A stretch of 64,000 nucleotides of DNA from an uncultured Nitrososphaeraceae archaeon. Lineage in GTDB: Archaea; Thermoproteota; Nitrososphaeria; Nitrososphaerales; Nitrososphaeraceae. Below are positions 26,581 to 37,042 of this stretch, in pieces (the stretch's first letter is position 1; every line of letters begins with the position of its first letter). A program made the translations under genes and the position numbers. The stretch is taken from contig CAVZZA010000005.1 of the NCBI GenBank assembly GCA_963779615.1, forward strand, positions 128,001 to 192,000, given 5' to 3'. Below the pieces are notes generated by a model. It was not told the DNA's origin. It searched no databases and was given only the letters and a program-made list of their open reading frames with translations.

Positions 26581-27203
26581 GTTTTTTCTAACTCATTTTT
26601 CAGTTCATGGAAATTTTTTCCATTGATACGGTTGTTTTGAATCAAAATATTAAAAATCTCACTCATAGAGATGATTTTATGTATTTTTATGCCATGTTTT
26701 TTCAATAAACCTCCAGCCCCTTGCTCCCGGTCTACAAACACTAATACATCCCTTATCACTGACTTGTCTTTTAGTAATTCAATAGAGGAAATTAGAGAGT
26801 TACCCGTAGTCATAACATCATCTACAAATAATATTTTAGAATTTGGAATTAGGTTCCCCTCATAAGTTTTCTGAGTGCCATACTGCTTTATGCTTTTTCT
26901 AACATATAGATGAGGTTTAAAAACCTCATAGGCAAGGGAAGAACCAAAAACGGTACCTGAAGTTGGAATAGAGCAAACATAGTCAAAATTATCCAAACCA
27001 ATATCAAGCATAGCACACTTTTTTAATAAATAAACGCTCTTTCTAAAATATACTGGATAACTTTGTAAAAGCCTAAGGTCAAGATAAAATTTACTTTTTT
27101 TACCACTTGACAAGGTAAAATCGCCTACCTTTATGGCTTCATTTTCATACAAAAACAAAATCAAATCATTTAATACAGATATTTTGCTAGCCTCCTCAGA
27201 CAT
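26577..27203 (-). CDS. pyrE: Orotate phosphoribosyltransferase
   Basis: [46 protein letters not shown]. Confidence 0.93.
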   Translation of the reverse strand: MSEEASKISVLNDLILFLYENEAIKVGDFTLSSGKKSKFYLDLRLLQSYPVYFRKSVYLLKKCAMLDIGLDNFDYVCSIPTSGTVFGSSLAYEVFKPHLYVRKSIKQYGTQKTYEGNLIPNSKILFVDDVMTTGNSLISSIELLKDKSVIRDVLVFVDREQGAGGLLKKHGIKIHKIISMSEIFNILIQNNRINGKNFHELKNELEKT

Positions 27204-27264
27204 ATCTGTTCAAATTGACATCGTTTTATTTTATATGTTGCCTTTTTGTTAATACTGTTAAAGA

Positions 27265-28386
27265 ATGCCAGAAATATGGTTGGGATATGGAGATTCCGAA
27301 GTTATTCTAGACATTAAATATGAAAATATCCTGGACAACAGTAAATCAGATTTTCTTCTGTTGGATAATGAATCTCTAAGTTCAGAATTAGAAAAAAAAA
27401 TTCAATTAAAAGATTCAACACTGATTCTTAACTACAACCCATTCTTACACATGATACCCATTCTAAGGCATATCCATGAAACAAAGAAGAAACTCGAAAT
27501 GAAAAATGTTGAAATGAATACATTATCAAAAAACATTCCTTTAAAAATTAAAAGGGAGCTAAACGATAAAGGAATATCAATCAACAGGATAGAAAATAAC
27601 GAAGTTTTAAGCAAGGCAAAAACATTCGAGAATATAATAGTACTGGAAAAAATAGAATATGATCCTTTTTTTGGCTATAAAGGCGCACCGACTGAATTGA
27701 CAAGAACCAGTTTTCCAAATGAAATGGATCAGGCATACTCAACCATTATTGACAAGTTTCCACAGCCAGGAATCAAATCGGAGCCTTTGAACATTTCATT
27801 TGAAGTTTCAAAAAAACTAAATTTCGAATCTATTAATGTGATAGCAAACAATGATGGGATAAATTCCATCTATACAGGGGGTATTGAAAATTCATTTAAA
27901 AAAACAATTGAAGAATTTGATAAAATATCAAAAAAAGAAGTTGAAAAGGCAAAATCTTTGTTTGTTTCGGGGAACAGTAATTTTAATATGCAAACTACTT
28001 TAGGCAATAGTTTAAATTTATTGTGGAATAACCATCAAATTGTAAAAGAAAAGGGTATCGTGATATTATTATCTGAAAATAAAATGGGTTTAGGAAATGG
28101 GGCCTTGCTACAATTCATCGAAAACAGACTTGATCAGTCAGGATTAAGAAAGTATCAATACCTCAAAGATTTAGAACACCTTAATTTTTTAAATCTAATT
28201 AAAGATAAACTTGAAATTTATGCTATTTCTTCATTACCCAAAGTATATCTCGACAAATTAGGGATAAAAACGATTTCAAGAGTGAAGGAGGGTCTTGAAA
28301 ATATTTTAACAAAACATGGCAGAAACTCAAAAATTTTAATTATACCGAATTCAGAACTAACTCACGTGATGGAACAAAATAATTAA
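27265..28386 (+). CDS. LarA/DUF2088-like protein, apparently degenerate
   Basis: IWLGYG N-terminus, YDPFFGYKGAP, VKEKGIVILLSE...GLG and ILIIP C-terminus resemble the LarA layout. Confidence 0.55.
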   Translation: MPEIWLGYGDSEVILDIKYENILDNSKSDFLLLDNESLSSELEKKIQLKDSTLILNYNPFLHMIPILRHIHETKKKLEMKNVEMNTLSKNIPLKIKRELNDKGISINRIENNEVLSKAKTFENIIVLEKIEYDPFFGYKGAPTELTRTSFPNEMDQAYSTIIDKFPQPGIKSEPLNISFEVSKKLNFESINVIANNDGINSIYTGGIENSFKKTIEEFDKISKKEVEKAKSLFVSGNSNFNMQTTLGNSLNLLWNNHQIVKEKGIVILLSENKMGLGNGALLQFIENRLDQSGLRKYQYLKDLEHLNFLNLIKDKLEIYAISSLPKVYLDKLGIKTISRVKEGLENILTKHGRNSKILIIPNSELTHVMEQNN

Positions 28387-28464
28387 CATTATTAATATAC
28401 AAGTCATGAAAGAATCACAAGGTTATTATCCTTTATGCCTTAATTTAATATGAATTATATATAA

Positions 28465-29784
28465 ATGAAAAATGAAGACCTTTATTATATAATAACTTTA
28501 GAATTAGGAATTGCCATTTTAGACACAGGTAAAAGTGTAATTTACTTTAACAAATTTAAGGATCCGATAAACTCTCACGAGAAATTCAAGAATAGGGATT
28601 ATGATGAGATTCTGGGTAGTATCGAGTTTTTGGACAAATACAAGAACAGTAAAATTTTAACAAATATTCCTGAAGCAACTAGCTTATTAAAAAATAAAGG
28701 TTTTGAATGGATAGAAAAAATATCTCCTCCAACAGAAAGATTTATACAAATTAATAAAATAAATTTTTATCTGCAATCAAATCAATTTTCAAATGAAAAA
28801 GAAATAATAAATGATTTGAGGGAATTTTCCTTAAAATGGTCCTCTTTAAGGGTACAGGAGGCATCAGAACAGCTTGATTTACACATAAGTCAATCCATCA
28901 ATGCGTTAGATGAGATAGACAAAATATCAAATACGCTGGGTACGAGAATGAGGGAATGGTATGGATTGCACTTTCCAGAACTTGACAATCTTTTGCAAAA
29001 CGCTATTACGTATTCGTTAATAGTAACGGGTTGTGGTAATAGAGACGACATAACCAAGGATTTTTTGGAAACAATTGACATTCCAGAAAACAAAATTGAC
29101 ATAATTCTCGAGGTGTCCAAGAGAAGCAGGGGTGGCAAGATCACAGAACAGAATTTGTTAATTGTTCAAAATATAGCCCAACAGGTAATAGCATTAAATA
29201 AGATAAGAAAGAATTTAGAAGAACACATTGATACTTCAATGGAGGAGATTGCGCCTAATGTCAAAGGATTACTCACAGCTGCGGTAGGGGCAAGGCTAAT
29301 TTCAAAGGCAGGTAGTTTGAAAAGACTGTCCTCACTATCAGCAAGTACAATTCAAATAATGGGCGCAGAAAAGGCCTTGTTTAGAACTTTGAAAACAGGA
29401 TCAAATCCACCAAAGCACGGAATTCTATTTCAACATCCTGTTATCCACTCAGCTCCCAAATGGCAGAGAGGGAAGATGGCAAGAGCAGTTGCAGCGAAAA
29501 CCGCCATTGCAGCAAGGTTGGATATTTATGGAAAAAATCCAGAGATTAATCAGGCCCTCTCCAACAAACTAAATGACAGGATAACTGAAATTCAGGATAA
29601 ATACAAGGAACCCCCCACCATCGAACAAAGAAAACCATCTACAAGAAATGAAAAAAGGTTTGGATTTGATAGAAACGCCAGAGGTAAGGGTGACAGAAAC
29701 TGGAAAGGTAAAGGAAAGAGCGATGACTCAAAGTTCAAGAGAAATAAATTTAAAAAAAGGTATCACAAATCAAATAAAAAATGA
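28465..29784 (+). CDS. nop5: Box C/D sRNP protein Nop5 (Nop56/58)
   Basis: RMREWYGLHFPEL, STIQIMGAEKALFR, PPKHGILFQHP, RGKMAR. Confidence 0.95.
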   Translation: MKNEDLYYIITLELGIAILDTGKSVIYFNKFKDPINSHEKFKNRDYDEILGSIEFLDKYKNSKILTNIPEATSLLKNKGFEWIEKISPPTERFIQINKINFYLQSNQFSNEKEIINDLREFSLKWSSLRVQEASEQLDLHISQSINALDEIDKISNTLGTRMREWYGLHFPELDNLLQNAITYSLIVTGCGNRDDITKDFLETIDIPENKIDIILEVSKRSRGGKITEQNLLIVQNIAQQVIALNKIRKNLEEHIDTSMEEIAPNVKGLLTAAVGARLISKAGSLKRLSSLSASTIQIMGAEKALFRTLKTGSNPPKHGILFQHPVIHSAPKWQRGKMARAVAAKTAIAARLDIYGKNPEINQALSNKLNDRITEIQDKYKEPPTIEQRKPSTRNEKRFGFDRNARGKGDRNWKGKGKSDDSKFKRNKFKKRYHKSNKK

Positions 29785-29843
29785 CGAGTGATAAATTATA
29801 TGAATGTCAAAATCATAACAATTAAAGGCAAAGGTAGAGTATA

Positions 29844-30557
29844 TTGAACCAATTACAAATTCAAAAAAGATATGATAACGGCTCTTATGTGATTTTAACA
29901 GATAACGCAAACGGAAAGTTTCTCGCGACACAGAATCTTATTGAGGGCAATAGTGTATATGGCGAAAAAATAATAAAGTTTGATGATATAGAGTATAGAC
30001 TATGGGATCCATTTAGAAGCAAGCTCGCAGGAGCAATAATGAAAGGTCTTAAAGAAAACCCTATTAAAGAATCTTTGAGAGTATTGTACTTGGGAGCATC
30101 AACTGGTACCACGGTCAGCCACATATCAGACATCATAGGAAACAATGGAATAATATTTCCGGTAGAACCGTCTGTTAGAGTAGCAAGGGAGTTATTGGAG
30201 AATGTTTGCTCAAAAAGGAAAAACATAATTCCAATATTATCAGACGCAAGAAATTATTTTAAATACTATGGGTATTTTGGTATTGTTGATATTGTCTATT
30301 CTGACATAGCACAACCAGATCAGACAATGATAGCTATAGACAACTGCAAAAGTTATTTAAAAGATAACGGTGATCTGTTAATAATCATTAAAACAAGAAG
30401 CATAGACGTATTGTCGGATCCAAAAATAGTTACTCAAAATGAAGCAAAAAAACTAGAAGACAACAATTTTACCGTAGTTCAAACAATCAATCTTGAGCCA
30501 TTTGAAAAAGATCATGCCCTTATACATGCAAAGTTCAAGAAGGATAGCAACTCTTAA
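29844..30557 (+). CDS. flpA: Fibrillarin-like rRNA 2'-O-methyltransferase
   Basis: VYGEK, YRLWDPFRSKL, VLYLGASTGTTVSH, DIAQPDQ. Confidence 0.95.
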   Translation: MNQLQIQKRYDNGSYVILTDNANGKFLATQNLIEGNSVYGEKIIKFDDIEYRLWDPFRSKLAGAIMKGLKENPIKESLRVLYLGASTGTTVSHISDIIGNNGIIFPVEPSVRVARELLENVCSKRKNIIPILSDARNYFKYYGYFGIVDIVYSDIAQPDQTMIAIDNCKSYLKDNGDLLIIIKTRSIDVLSDPKIVTQNEAKKLEDNNFTVVQTINLEPFEKDHALIHAKFKKDSNS

Positions 30558-30644
30558 AGCACCATAAGTAAATGGTTTTATATCTAAAATTTTGTTGTTG
30601 ATTCTATTGTCGAAAGAAAAGGAAGGGTTTTGGTTTATACATCA

Positions 30645-31337
30645 TCATTCCAAAGACGGTATTTCTTTAACACATAGTTTAGTTTGGGCATTTTGACCTA
30701 GAATTTCCTTTATTGGTTTCCAAGAATATCTGACATAGTCTTTAGAACTCTTGCCAAAATCACTTTCTCGGATAAACCGTTTTGTTTTAGGATCAGAAGG
30801 ATAGCCTGAACCAAAATCATTGTTAATGGACTTCTTTAGCTTTGCGATTTCACTGTCCCTGGTTACTTTTGCTATAATGGATGCACAAGACACAAAAATG
30901 TTATCCAAATCTGCTTTGTGATATGAATAAATGGAAATTTTTTTATTGGTTATATTTCTCTTGATTTCCTGTTGAAACCTATATGGATTTACGTCGCATG
31001 AATCAACAATTATTTTGTCGGCATGTATATTATCTGCCACAACAGTCATGAATTTTGACTCAAGCTTATTCAAGCCATTTGATTTTACAAATTTGTCAAT
31101 TGTGGAGCAGTTAACCTTGCATATGAAAATAGAGTCGCAAATGTCAAATATTTTATCAAACAGTGCCTCCCTTTTTTTTGGGTGTGTTTTTTTGGAATCT
31201 GTGATATTCATGTTTTTTAACAAGTCAATTTTCCTTGAATCAAATGAAATCCCTGCGATAACCATTGGACCTATTATGGAACCTCTCCCTGCTTCATCTA
31301 TTCCGCCCATGAACAATTGGTAATGCTTTAAATACAA
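30645..31337 (-). CDS. rnhB: Ribonuclease HII
   Basis: GIDEAGRGSIIGPMV, DSKK, ASIIAKVTRD, GSGYPSDPKT. Confidence 0.95.
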   Translation of the reverse strand: MYLKHYQLFMGGIDEAGRGSIIGPMVIAGISFDSRKIDLLKNMNITDSKKTHPKKREALFDKIFDICDSIFICKVNCSTIDKFVKSNGLNKLESKFMTVVADNIHADKIIVDSCDVNPYRFQQEIKRNITNKKISIYSYHKADLDNIFVSCASIIAKVTRDSEIAKLKKSINNDFGSGYPSDPKTKRFIRESDFGKSSKDYVRYSWKPIKEILGQNAQTKLCVKEIPSLE

Positions 31338-31367
31338 AATTATATAATAAATATTATTTTCAAATTA

Positions 31368-32624
31368 ATGAAAGTGATTTATACTTCTTCCCCTTCCCCT
31401 AACAATAATAGTGAAACTAACCATCACACAGACCATTGCAAAAAAAATTGGTCCTTTGCATCCGAAGGCGATACAAAGTTTTTAGTTCCCTCACCTTCAT
31501 TAGAAGAAAAAGAGCCTTCAAAATTTCCTGTTTTTTTTAACCCTGCCGCCAAATTTAATAGGGATATTTCAATACACATCTATAGAACCTTTATAAACAA
31601 TAAACCTGAAAAAAATACTTCCTTTGTTGATGCAATGACAGGATCTGGGACAAGAGGCTTGCGGGTTGCTAACGAAATACCAAGGATCAACAGAATATTT
31701 TTCAATGACTTTAATTCCTTCTCAATCCACATTTCCAAAATCAATGCCGTATTAAACAATGTCTATAACAAATGCAATTTTTATAACAAAGAAATATGTG
31801 ATTTTCTGTCAACCGAATTTAACTTTGAAAAACGAGCAACAATCGTGGATGTTGATCCTTTTGGCACCCCTGCGCCATATTTAGACTGCCTTTTAAGGGC
31901 CGTCGAAAACGGAGGTTTGATTTCTGTTACTGCTACGGATACTGCTGTCTTATGCGGGGTTTATCCAAAGGTTTGCTACAGAAAATATTATGGAAATCCG
32001 TTAAGAACGAAATATGCTGGAGAAATAGGAATTAGGCTATTAATCTCCTCGATCGCTTTGATTGCGTCTAGGCTAGATCTTTCAATAACACCCATTTTTT
32101 CACACGGTTATAGGAACTATATGAGGGTATATTGCAAAGTTGTAAAAAGCAATTACCTTGCAAATAAAATTCAAGAAAAATTAGGATATGTCATCCATTG
32201 TTTTAATTGTGGGAATCGATACTTTGTAAATAGACTTTATGGCATATCGGATTGCAACAGCTGTCATTATAAGGCAACTATTGGGGGGCCGCTTTGGATA
32301 TCCGAAATATTTGACAAGGGGATAACGGGGCAAATAGTAGAGTCAATCGTGAATCTTGAGTGCCAAATCGATAAATCAATGAAACCATCTTTAAATAGCA
32401 TAAAAAATTTTTTTACCACTGCTTTAAACGAGTTAGACGTTATCCCTTATCACTACATCAATGATGAAATAGGCAAGATGTTAAAGAAAAACGTGATGAG
32501 TGTCGACAGAATAGTTGAACTGTTAAATAAGAATGGATACCTATCCAGTACAACTATTTTTGCTGCGAGTGGTTTTAAAACCAATGCATCAATTATGGAT
32601 ATAAAAAAAATTTGCATTAATTGA
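31368..32624 (+). CDS. trm1: tRNA (guanine-26-N2)-dimethyltransferase
   Basis: VFFNP...NRDIS, GSGTRGLR, DVDPFGTP, SVTATD, CxxC zinc motifs, GGPLW. Confidence 0.93.
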   Translation: MKVIYTSSPSPNNNSETNHHTDHCKKNWSFASEGDTKFLVPSPSLEEKEPSKFPVFFNPAAKFNRDISIHIYRTFINNKPEKNTSFVDAMTGSGTRGLRVANEIPRINRIFFNDFNSFSIHISKINAVLNNVYNKCNFYNKEICDFLSTEFNFEKRATIVDVDPFGTPAPYLDCLLRAVENGGLISVTATDTAVLCGVYPKVCYRKYYGNPLRTKYAGEIGIRLLISSIALIASRLDLSITPIFSHGYRNYMRVYCKVVKSNYLANKIQEKLGYVIHCFNCGNRYFVNRLYGISDCNSCHYKATIGGPLWISEIFDKGITGQIVESIVNLECQIDKSMKPSLNSIKNFFTTALNELDVIPYHYINDEIGKMLKKNVMSVDRIVELLNKNGYLSSTTIFAASGFKTNASIMDIKKICIN

Positions 32625-32832
32625 ACCATTAATCGAATTACACATTTAATTCAAAATATTTGATATGACATCTTGATTGTCATTAGTGATTTTTTATAAT
32701 TACTGCAATTTGGGCCTTTTTTATGTATGGGGTTAAACATGTTTATTTAAGAAAAATGTAACTTTAAAGTAAAAAAATGGTTAAGCAAAAATAGGGTGAA
32801 TCGTGTTTAAAAAAATTGCTTTACATTTAGTT

Positions 32833-34938
32833 TTAGCCAAATGGAAGCGGAATGTTGATGCCTTGCTTGCCCAACTGGTTCTGAACATCATTGATTATTT
32901 TAGACGCCAAATCTTTCCCATAGCTATAGCCCTGATTGAAGTCTCCAGCAGCATCATCTTCACTTGAATCACTAGTGGTGGTATCGGTGTCTGAGTTGGG
33001 GGCTGTGTCAGGAGTTATGTCAGGGGTCGAGTCTGTTGTTTCTGAGTCAGGGGTCGAGTCTGTTGTTTCTGAGTCAGGGGTCGAGTCTGTTGTTTCTGAG
33101 TCAGGGGTCGAGTCTGTTGTTTCTGAGTCAGGGGTCGAGTCTGTTGTTTCTGAGTCAGGGGTCGAGTCTGTTGTTTCTGAGTCAGGGGTCGAGTCTGTTG
33201 TTTCTGAGTCAGGGGTCGAGTCTGTTGTTTCTGAGTCAGGGGTCGAGTCTGTTGTTTCTGAGTCAGGGGTCGAGTCTGTTGTTTCTGAGTCAGGGGCGGT
33301 ATCGGGAGTTATTGCTAGGGTTGTGTCAGCTTTGTTGGATTTGTAGCCATTTGCATTAACCGTTACGGCCACATCTACCGACGGTGAGGATTCTACACCG
33401 GATGGGATTCCATCACTAAATTCACCATCGGAGTCAGTCTTTCCAGAGAAAGAAACGCTGTTTATTTTACCATTTATCGAAGCGCCATTTACTGGAGTAC
33501 TTGTTATTGAATCTTGGACAGTTATTACAAATTCTTGATCGTCACCGCTACCTTTACTATCTATGTTGATATCCAATGATTTTAAGCCTAATTGTTTGGA
33601 AGTTGTAGGTTGACCAATAGTAGGTGATGCGTCACTTTTTGGGTTCAGGTTGATAGTACCCGTATTTTCAGTTGGGCTGGAGGGATTAGATTGAGCGGTA
33701 TTAGGTGATGCTCCACTTTTCGGGTTCAGGTTGATAGTACCCGTATTTTTAGTCGGGGGTGTTAAAGCAGATGGGCCCACATGAGGGATTTCGCCACTTT
33801 TCGGGTTCTGGTTGATAGTACCCGTATTTTTAGTCGGGGGTGTTAAAGCAGATGGGCCCACATGAGGGGTTACGCCACTTTTCGGGTTCAGGTTGATGGA
33901 ACCTGTGTTGCTTGTTGGGGGTGTTGAAGTGGTGTTGGTTTGCTTGAGAGGAGCGGCACTGGTAGTTGGGGGTGTTAAAGCAGATGGGCCCACATGAGGG
34001 GTTACTCCACTTTTTTGGTTCAGGTTGATGGAACCTGTGATGTTTGTTTGGGGTGTTGAAGTGGTGTTGGTTTGCTTGAGAGGAGCGGCACTGGTAGTTG
34101 GGGGTGTTAAAGCAGATGGGCCTGTAAGAGGAGTTCCGCTGTTTATTTTTTGATTGACAGACGCCGTGTGGTTGCTTGTTGGGGTTGTTGAAGTGGTGTT
34201 GGTTTGCTTGAGAGGAGCGGCACTGGTAGTTGGGGGTGTTGAAGTGGTGTTGGTTTGCTTGAGAGGAGCGGCACTGGTAGTTGGGGGTGGTGTTGAAGTG
34301 GTGTTGGTTTGCTTGAGAGGAGCGGCACTGGTAGTTGGGGGTGGTGTTGAAGTGGTGTTGGTTTGTTTTATCGAGAACACGCTAGCTGATGAATTATTTC
34401 CTATCACCAAAGGTGTTTTAGCTTGGGTTGGAAATGTCCCATTGATCGTGGAGCCAGTCACATTAACACTATAAAAGGAATTAGTGTTGCCTGGCTGGCA
34501 TGTCAATTTTGAGGTTATTTTGTTAGAACCTTCTTTAAAAGGAGTGTAAAATGAATTAAAGTTATATTGCCATGTAGAATAATCACCATTTCCAGCCTTT
34601 CCTGTTGAATTAGTCAATTGGTATGGCTTGGCATTATTAACAATTACAAAGACCTTGCAATCTGTAGAATTGTTTTTTTCATATATTGAAAAGCCGTTTA
34701 TTGAAAGGTTTTCCCCACTTTTGTTAAAATAATTTTTACCATCACTAGAGATTTGTTCACCATCTAGAGGAGAAGTTATCCTCACACCATTAGATTTAAC
34801 TGGAGAGATGGTTTCTGCCGTGGGTTGGTTATTGCTACTAGTATTATTTGCGGGTAATTGGGCGATTATAGATGAAGAAATACCAGCTGTTAACAACATG
34901 GAGGTCAAAAGCATTAGAAAGAATATTCTATATATCAA
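32833..34938 (-). CDS. Secreted repeat-rich protein: signal peptide, beta-rich (Ig-like) domain, Thr/Pro-rich repeats, second beta-rich domain, acidic repeats
   Basis: N-terminal signal; VRITSP...C...PYQ...DYSTW...KITSKLTC domain; mucin-like repeats; TPDSETTDS x10. Confidence 0.85.
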   Translation of the reverse strand: MIYRIFFLMLLTSMLLTAGISSSIIAQLPANNTSSNNQPTAETISPVKSNGVRITSPLDGEQISSDGKNYFNKSGENLSINGFSIYEKNNSTDCKVFVIVNNAKPYQLTNSTGKAGNGDYSTWQYNFNSFYTPFKEGSNKITSKLTCQPGNTNSFYSVNVTGSTINGTFPTQAKTPLVIGNNSSASVFSIKQTNTTSTPPPTTSAAPLKQTNTTSTPPPTTSAAPLKQTNTTSTPPTTSAAPLKQTNTTSTTPTSNHTASVNQKINSGTPLTGPSALTPPTTSAAPLKQTNTTSTPQTNITGSINLNQKSGVTPHVGPSALTPPTTSAAPLKQTNTTSTPPTSNTGSINLNPKSGVTPHVGPSALTPPTKNTGTINQNPKSGEIPHVGPSALTPPTKNTGTINLNPKSGASPNTAQSNPSSPTENTGTINLNPKSDASPTIGQPTTSKQLGLKSLDINIDSKGSGDDQEFVITVQDSITSTPVNGASINGKINSVSFSGKTDSDGEFSDGIPSGVESSPSVDVAVTVNANGYKSNKADTTLAITPDTAPDSETTDSTPDSETTDSTPDSETTDSTPDSETTDSTPDSETTDSTPDSETTDSTPDSETTDSTPDSETTDSTPDSETTDSTPDSETTDSTPDITPDTAPNSDTDTTTSDSSEDDAAGDFNQGYSYGKDLASKIINDVQNQLGKQGINIPLPFG
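33021..33296. repeat. 27-bp perfect tandem repeat x10 (coding VNTR)
   Basis: CAGGGGTCGAGTCTGTTGTTTCTGAGT at 33021, 33048 ... 33264. Confidence 0.97.
33640..34365. repeat. Two interleaved coding repeat types (TTSAAPLKQTNTTSTPP and NLNPKSG..PHVGPSALTPPT)
   Basis: Near-identical ~51-54 bp and ~72 bp units visible in both DNA and protein. Confidence 0.9.
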
Positions 34939-35100
34939 ACTATAAATAAAAGCATCTCTAATATATTAAAGGATTTTTATCTTTTTGTACCTACAAATAC
35001 AAGATAACAAAACCACAACATTATCTAATATAATATTTATCTATAAAATTATCTAGTTTTACCCCACAAAATATTTATTTTTTGCCCATAAGAAAATAGC

Positions 35101-35532
35101 ATGGATTTTAATTTCAACTTTTTTAATAAGAATAAAAACATGGAAAATGAAAAACCACGCAGTTTGATTACAATAACAAGAAACGTGGTTGACGGCATAA
35201 TATCATATTCAAAAATGCATCATCCTTATGAAGCCATATTAATTCTTGAAGGGAACAGGAAAAAGGGTGAGATATACATAAACAATCTAGTGATACCCCC
35301 TTTTTCTGTACATGGTCCTTTCTTTTCAGGCTTTCCAATAAACGAATTGCCTTTTGATTTGAAATATGTTGGAACTGCACACTCACACCCAAATGGAAGC
35401 AGTCGCCCCTCTCTTGAGGATTTGAACCACTTTTATGGGTTGATCTCAATAATAATTTCCCATCCATATGAGGAGGAGGATATTCACGCCTTCAACAGCA
35501 GTGGAAAAGAGGTTGACTATTACAAAAAATAG
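35101..35532 (+). CDS. JAMM/MPN+ metalloprotease
   Basis: E...GTAHSHPNGSSRPSLEDL (E-x-HxH-x7-S-x2-D). Confidence 0.9.
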   Translation: MDFNFNFFNKNKNMENEKPRSLITITRNVVDGIISYSKMHHPYEAILILEGNRKKGEIYINNLVIPPFSVHGPFFSGFPINELPFDLKYVGTAHSHPNGSSRPSLEDLNHFYGLISIIISHPYEEEDIHAFNSSGKEVDYYKK

Positions 35533-35594
35533 TGCGAAAGCTTTTTGTCGTTTTTTAATATTGATAATTATGCGGACATACAACATTTTTAAAA

Positions 35595-37019
35595 TCAGCG
35601 CTTTTTACCGATTTTAACGAGATTTTCTAATGATCTACCTATCAGTATAAAGGCTATACTAGTTATAGAAATCATCAAGCCCGGCGAAACAACCCACCAC
35701 CAGTATCCAAGTATTTCAGCCGAAGAGGCATGAGCTTCCTGCAACATTTGACCCCAAGTCGGAAAGGATGGGTCTCCAAAACCGAGAAAACTTAATGCAG
35801 ACTCCCCCAATATCGCAATGGGTACAGACAGTGCAAAGTTAGCCAAAGTAAAAGGTAATAATTGCGGTACTATGTGACGCAGCACAATTTTAAAATCAGA
35901 CTCACCCATTAACTTTGATGCCTCTACATACTGATAGTTTTTTATTTGAATACTGAATGTCCTATTCAGCAAAGCCAAGCCCGGCCAACCAAATAAAATA
36001 AAAAGACCAATCAAAAACAATAGGTTTCTTCCAAAATGAATAGAAATTATGATAAATAAAATTAAAGTCGGAACAGAGATAAAAATGTCGATAATTGTTA
36101 ACATAAACGTTCCCGTTTTTTTTCCCCTATATCCCGAATACAACCCATAAAAAAGTCCAATGAATGACGAGGACAAGGCGACAGTAACACCTATAAAGAG
36201 GGCAACCGGCGTGCCAATTAAGATTCCGAAAAAAACATCACGCCTGAAATCATCCGTGCCCAATAATCCAAAAACTTTTCCCTGTATTACCAATTTCAGG
36301 TTATTTAAAACTGTATTGTCGTCAAATGAATATACAGAAAAGATGAATTCATACTTGCCTTTTAAAGGTACATTAGCGTTTGTTTGTGAAAAAATTACTT
36401 TTTCTGACGGAAGATCGGAAATAGAAAAATTAAAAAGATAAGAATACCCAGTTAGGGAGCTTTTTACTTCCTGGGAAGAAGAAAAAATTCTTCCTGTAAC
36501 GGTGTCCTGGCTTGTGTCAGTGGTTGTATCGGGATTATCAATATCAGGGCCTTTGGTGATTTTTTGAAGGCTATTTGCAGAATCTATCGAATTAGAGTAA
36601 ATTTTAAACTCCAAATTATCCGGCCTTTTCACATACACCTCTACCGCAGGCGGAACTTCACCCGATGTTATTGTGTAAGGGATATCAAAAGCAGATGGGA
36701 ATTCATCAAAGTTGAACTGATACGAAAAAGTGTTATTCTCGTTGTTGAAGTTGGCAGTGTTAATGGAGTTTGTGACCCCCTCCTGCTGATAAAAAATCCT
36801 GTGCTCCGGAAGCTGGTAATTAAACGGTTTTAAAACAAGGTTTATCCATTCAGGATATGCAGTTTTTGGATTGTCTGACCAGTACATCGGATCATTCCAG
36901 TGCAATCGTGATTGTGCTGGAATAAAAAACAGCGCATAACATGTCATAAGTATCAAGAACACAAGGAGCAAGCTTCCAATAAAGCCCCCCTTATTTTCTC
37001 TTATTAGTTGAAAGATCAT
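35595..37019 (-). CDS. Peptide/nickel ABC transporter permease (DppC/OppC type)
   Basis: LLGTDDFRRD, YVEASKLMG (EAA loop), ESALSFLGFGDP..PTWG, WWWVVSPG. Confidence 0.92.
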   Translation of the reverse strand: MIFQLIRENKGGFIGSLLLVFLILMTCYALFFIPAQSRLHWNDPMYWSDNPKTAYPEWINLVLKPFNYQLPEHRIFYQQEGVTNSINTANFNNENNTFSYQFNFDEFPSAFDIPYTITSGEVPPAVEVYVKRPDNLEFKIYSNSIDSANSLQKITKGPDIDNPDTTTDTSQDTVTGRIFSSSQEVKSSLTGYSYLFNFSISDLPSEKVIFSQTNANVPLKGKYEFIFSVYSFDDNTVLNNLKLVIQGKVFGLLGTDDFRRDVFFGILIGTPVALFIGVTVALSSSFIGLFYGLYSGYRGKKTGTFMLTIIDIFISVPTLILFIIISIHFGRNLLFLIGLFILFGWPGLALLNRTFSIQIKNYQYVEASKLMGESDFKIVLRHIVPQLLPFTLANFALSVPIAILGESALSFLGFGDPSFPTWGQMLQEAHASSAEILGYWWWVVSPGLMISITSIAFILIGRSLENLVKIGKKR

Positions 37020-37042
37020 AGCAGCATCAGAGGCCTCCTTGC

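Noticed and set aside
33021-33296. Regular 27-bp repeats as a CRISPR array
   Set aside because: No spacers; the units are contiguous, in frame in a CDS, and no cas genes are nearby
32936-34474. Plus-strand repetitive ORFs (ESVVSESGV, LFLSQGSS)
   Set aside because: Antisense shadows of the repeat-rich gene
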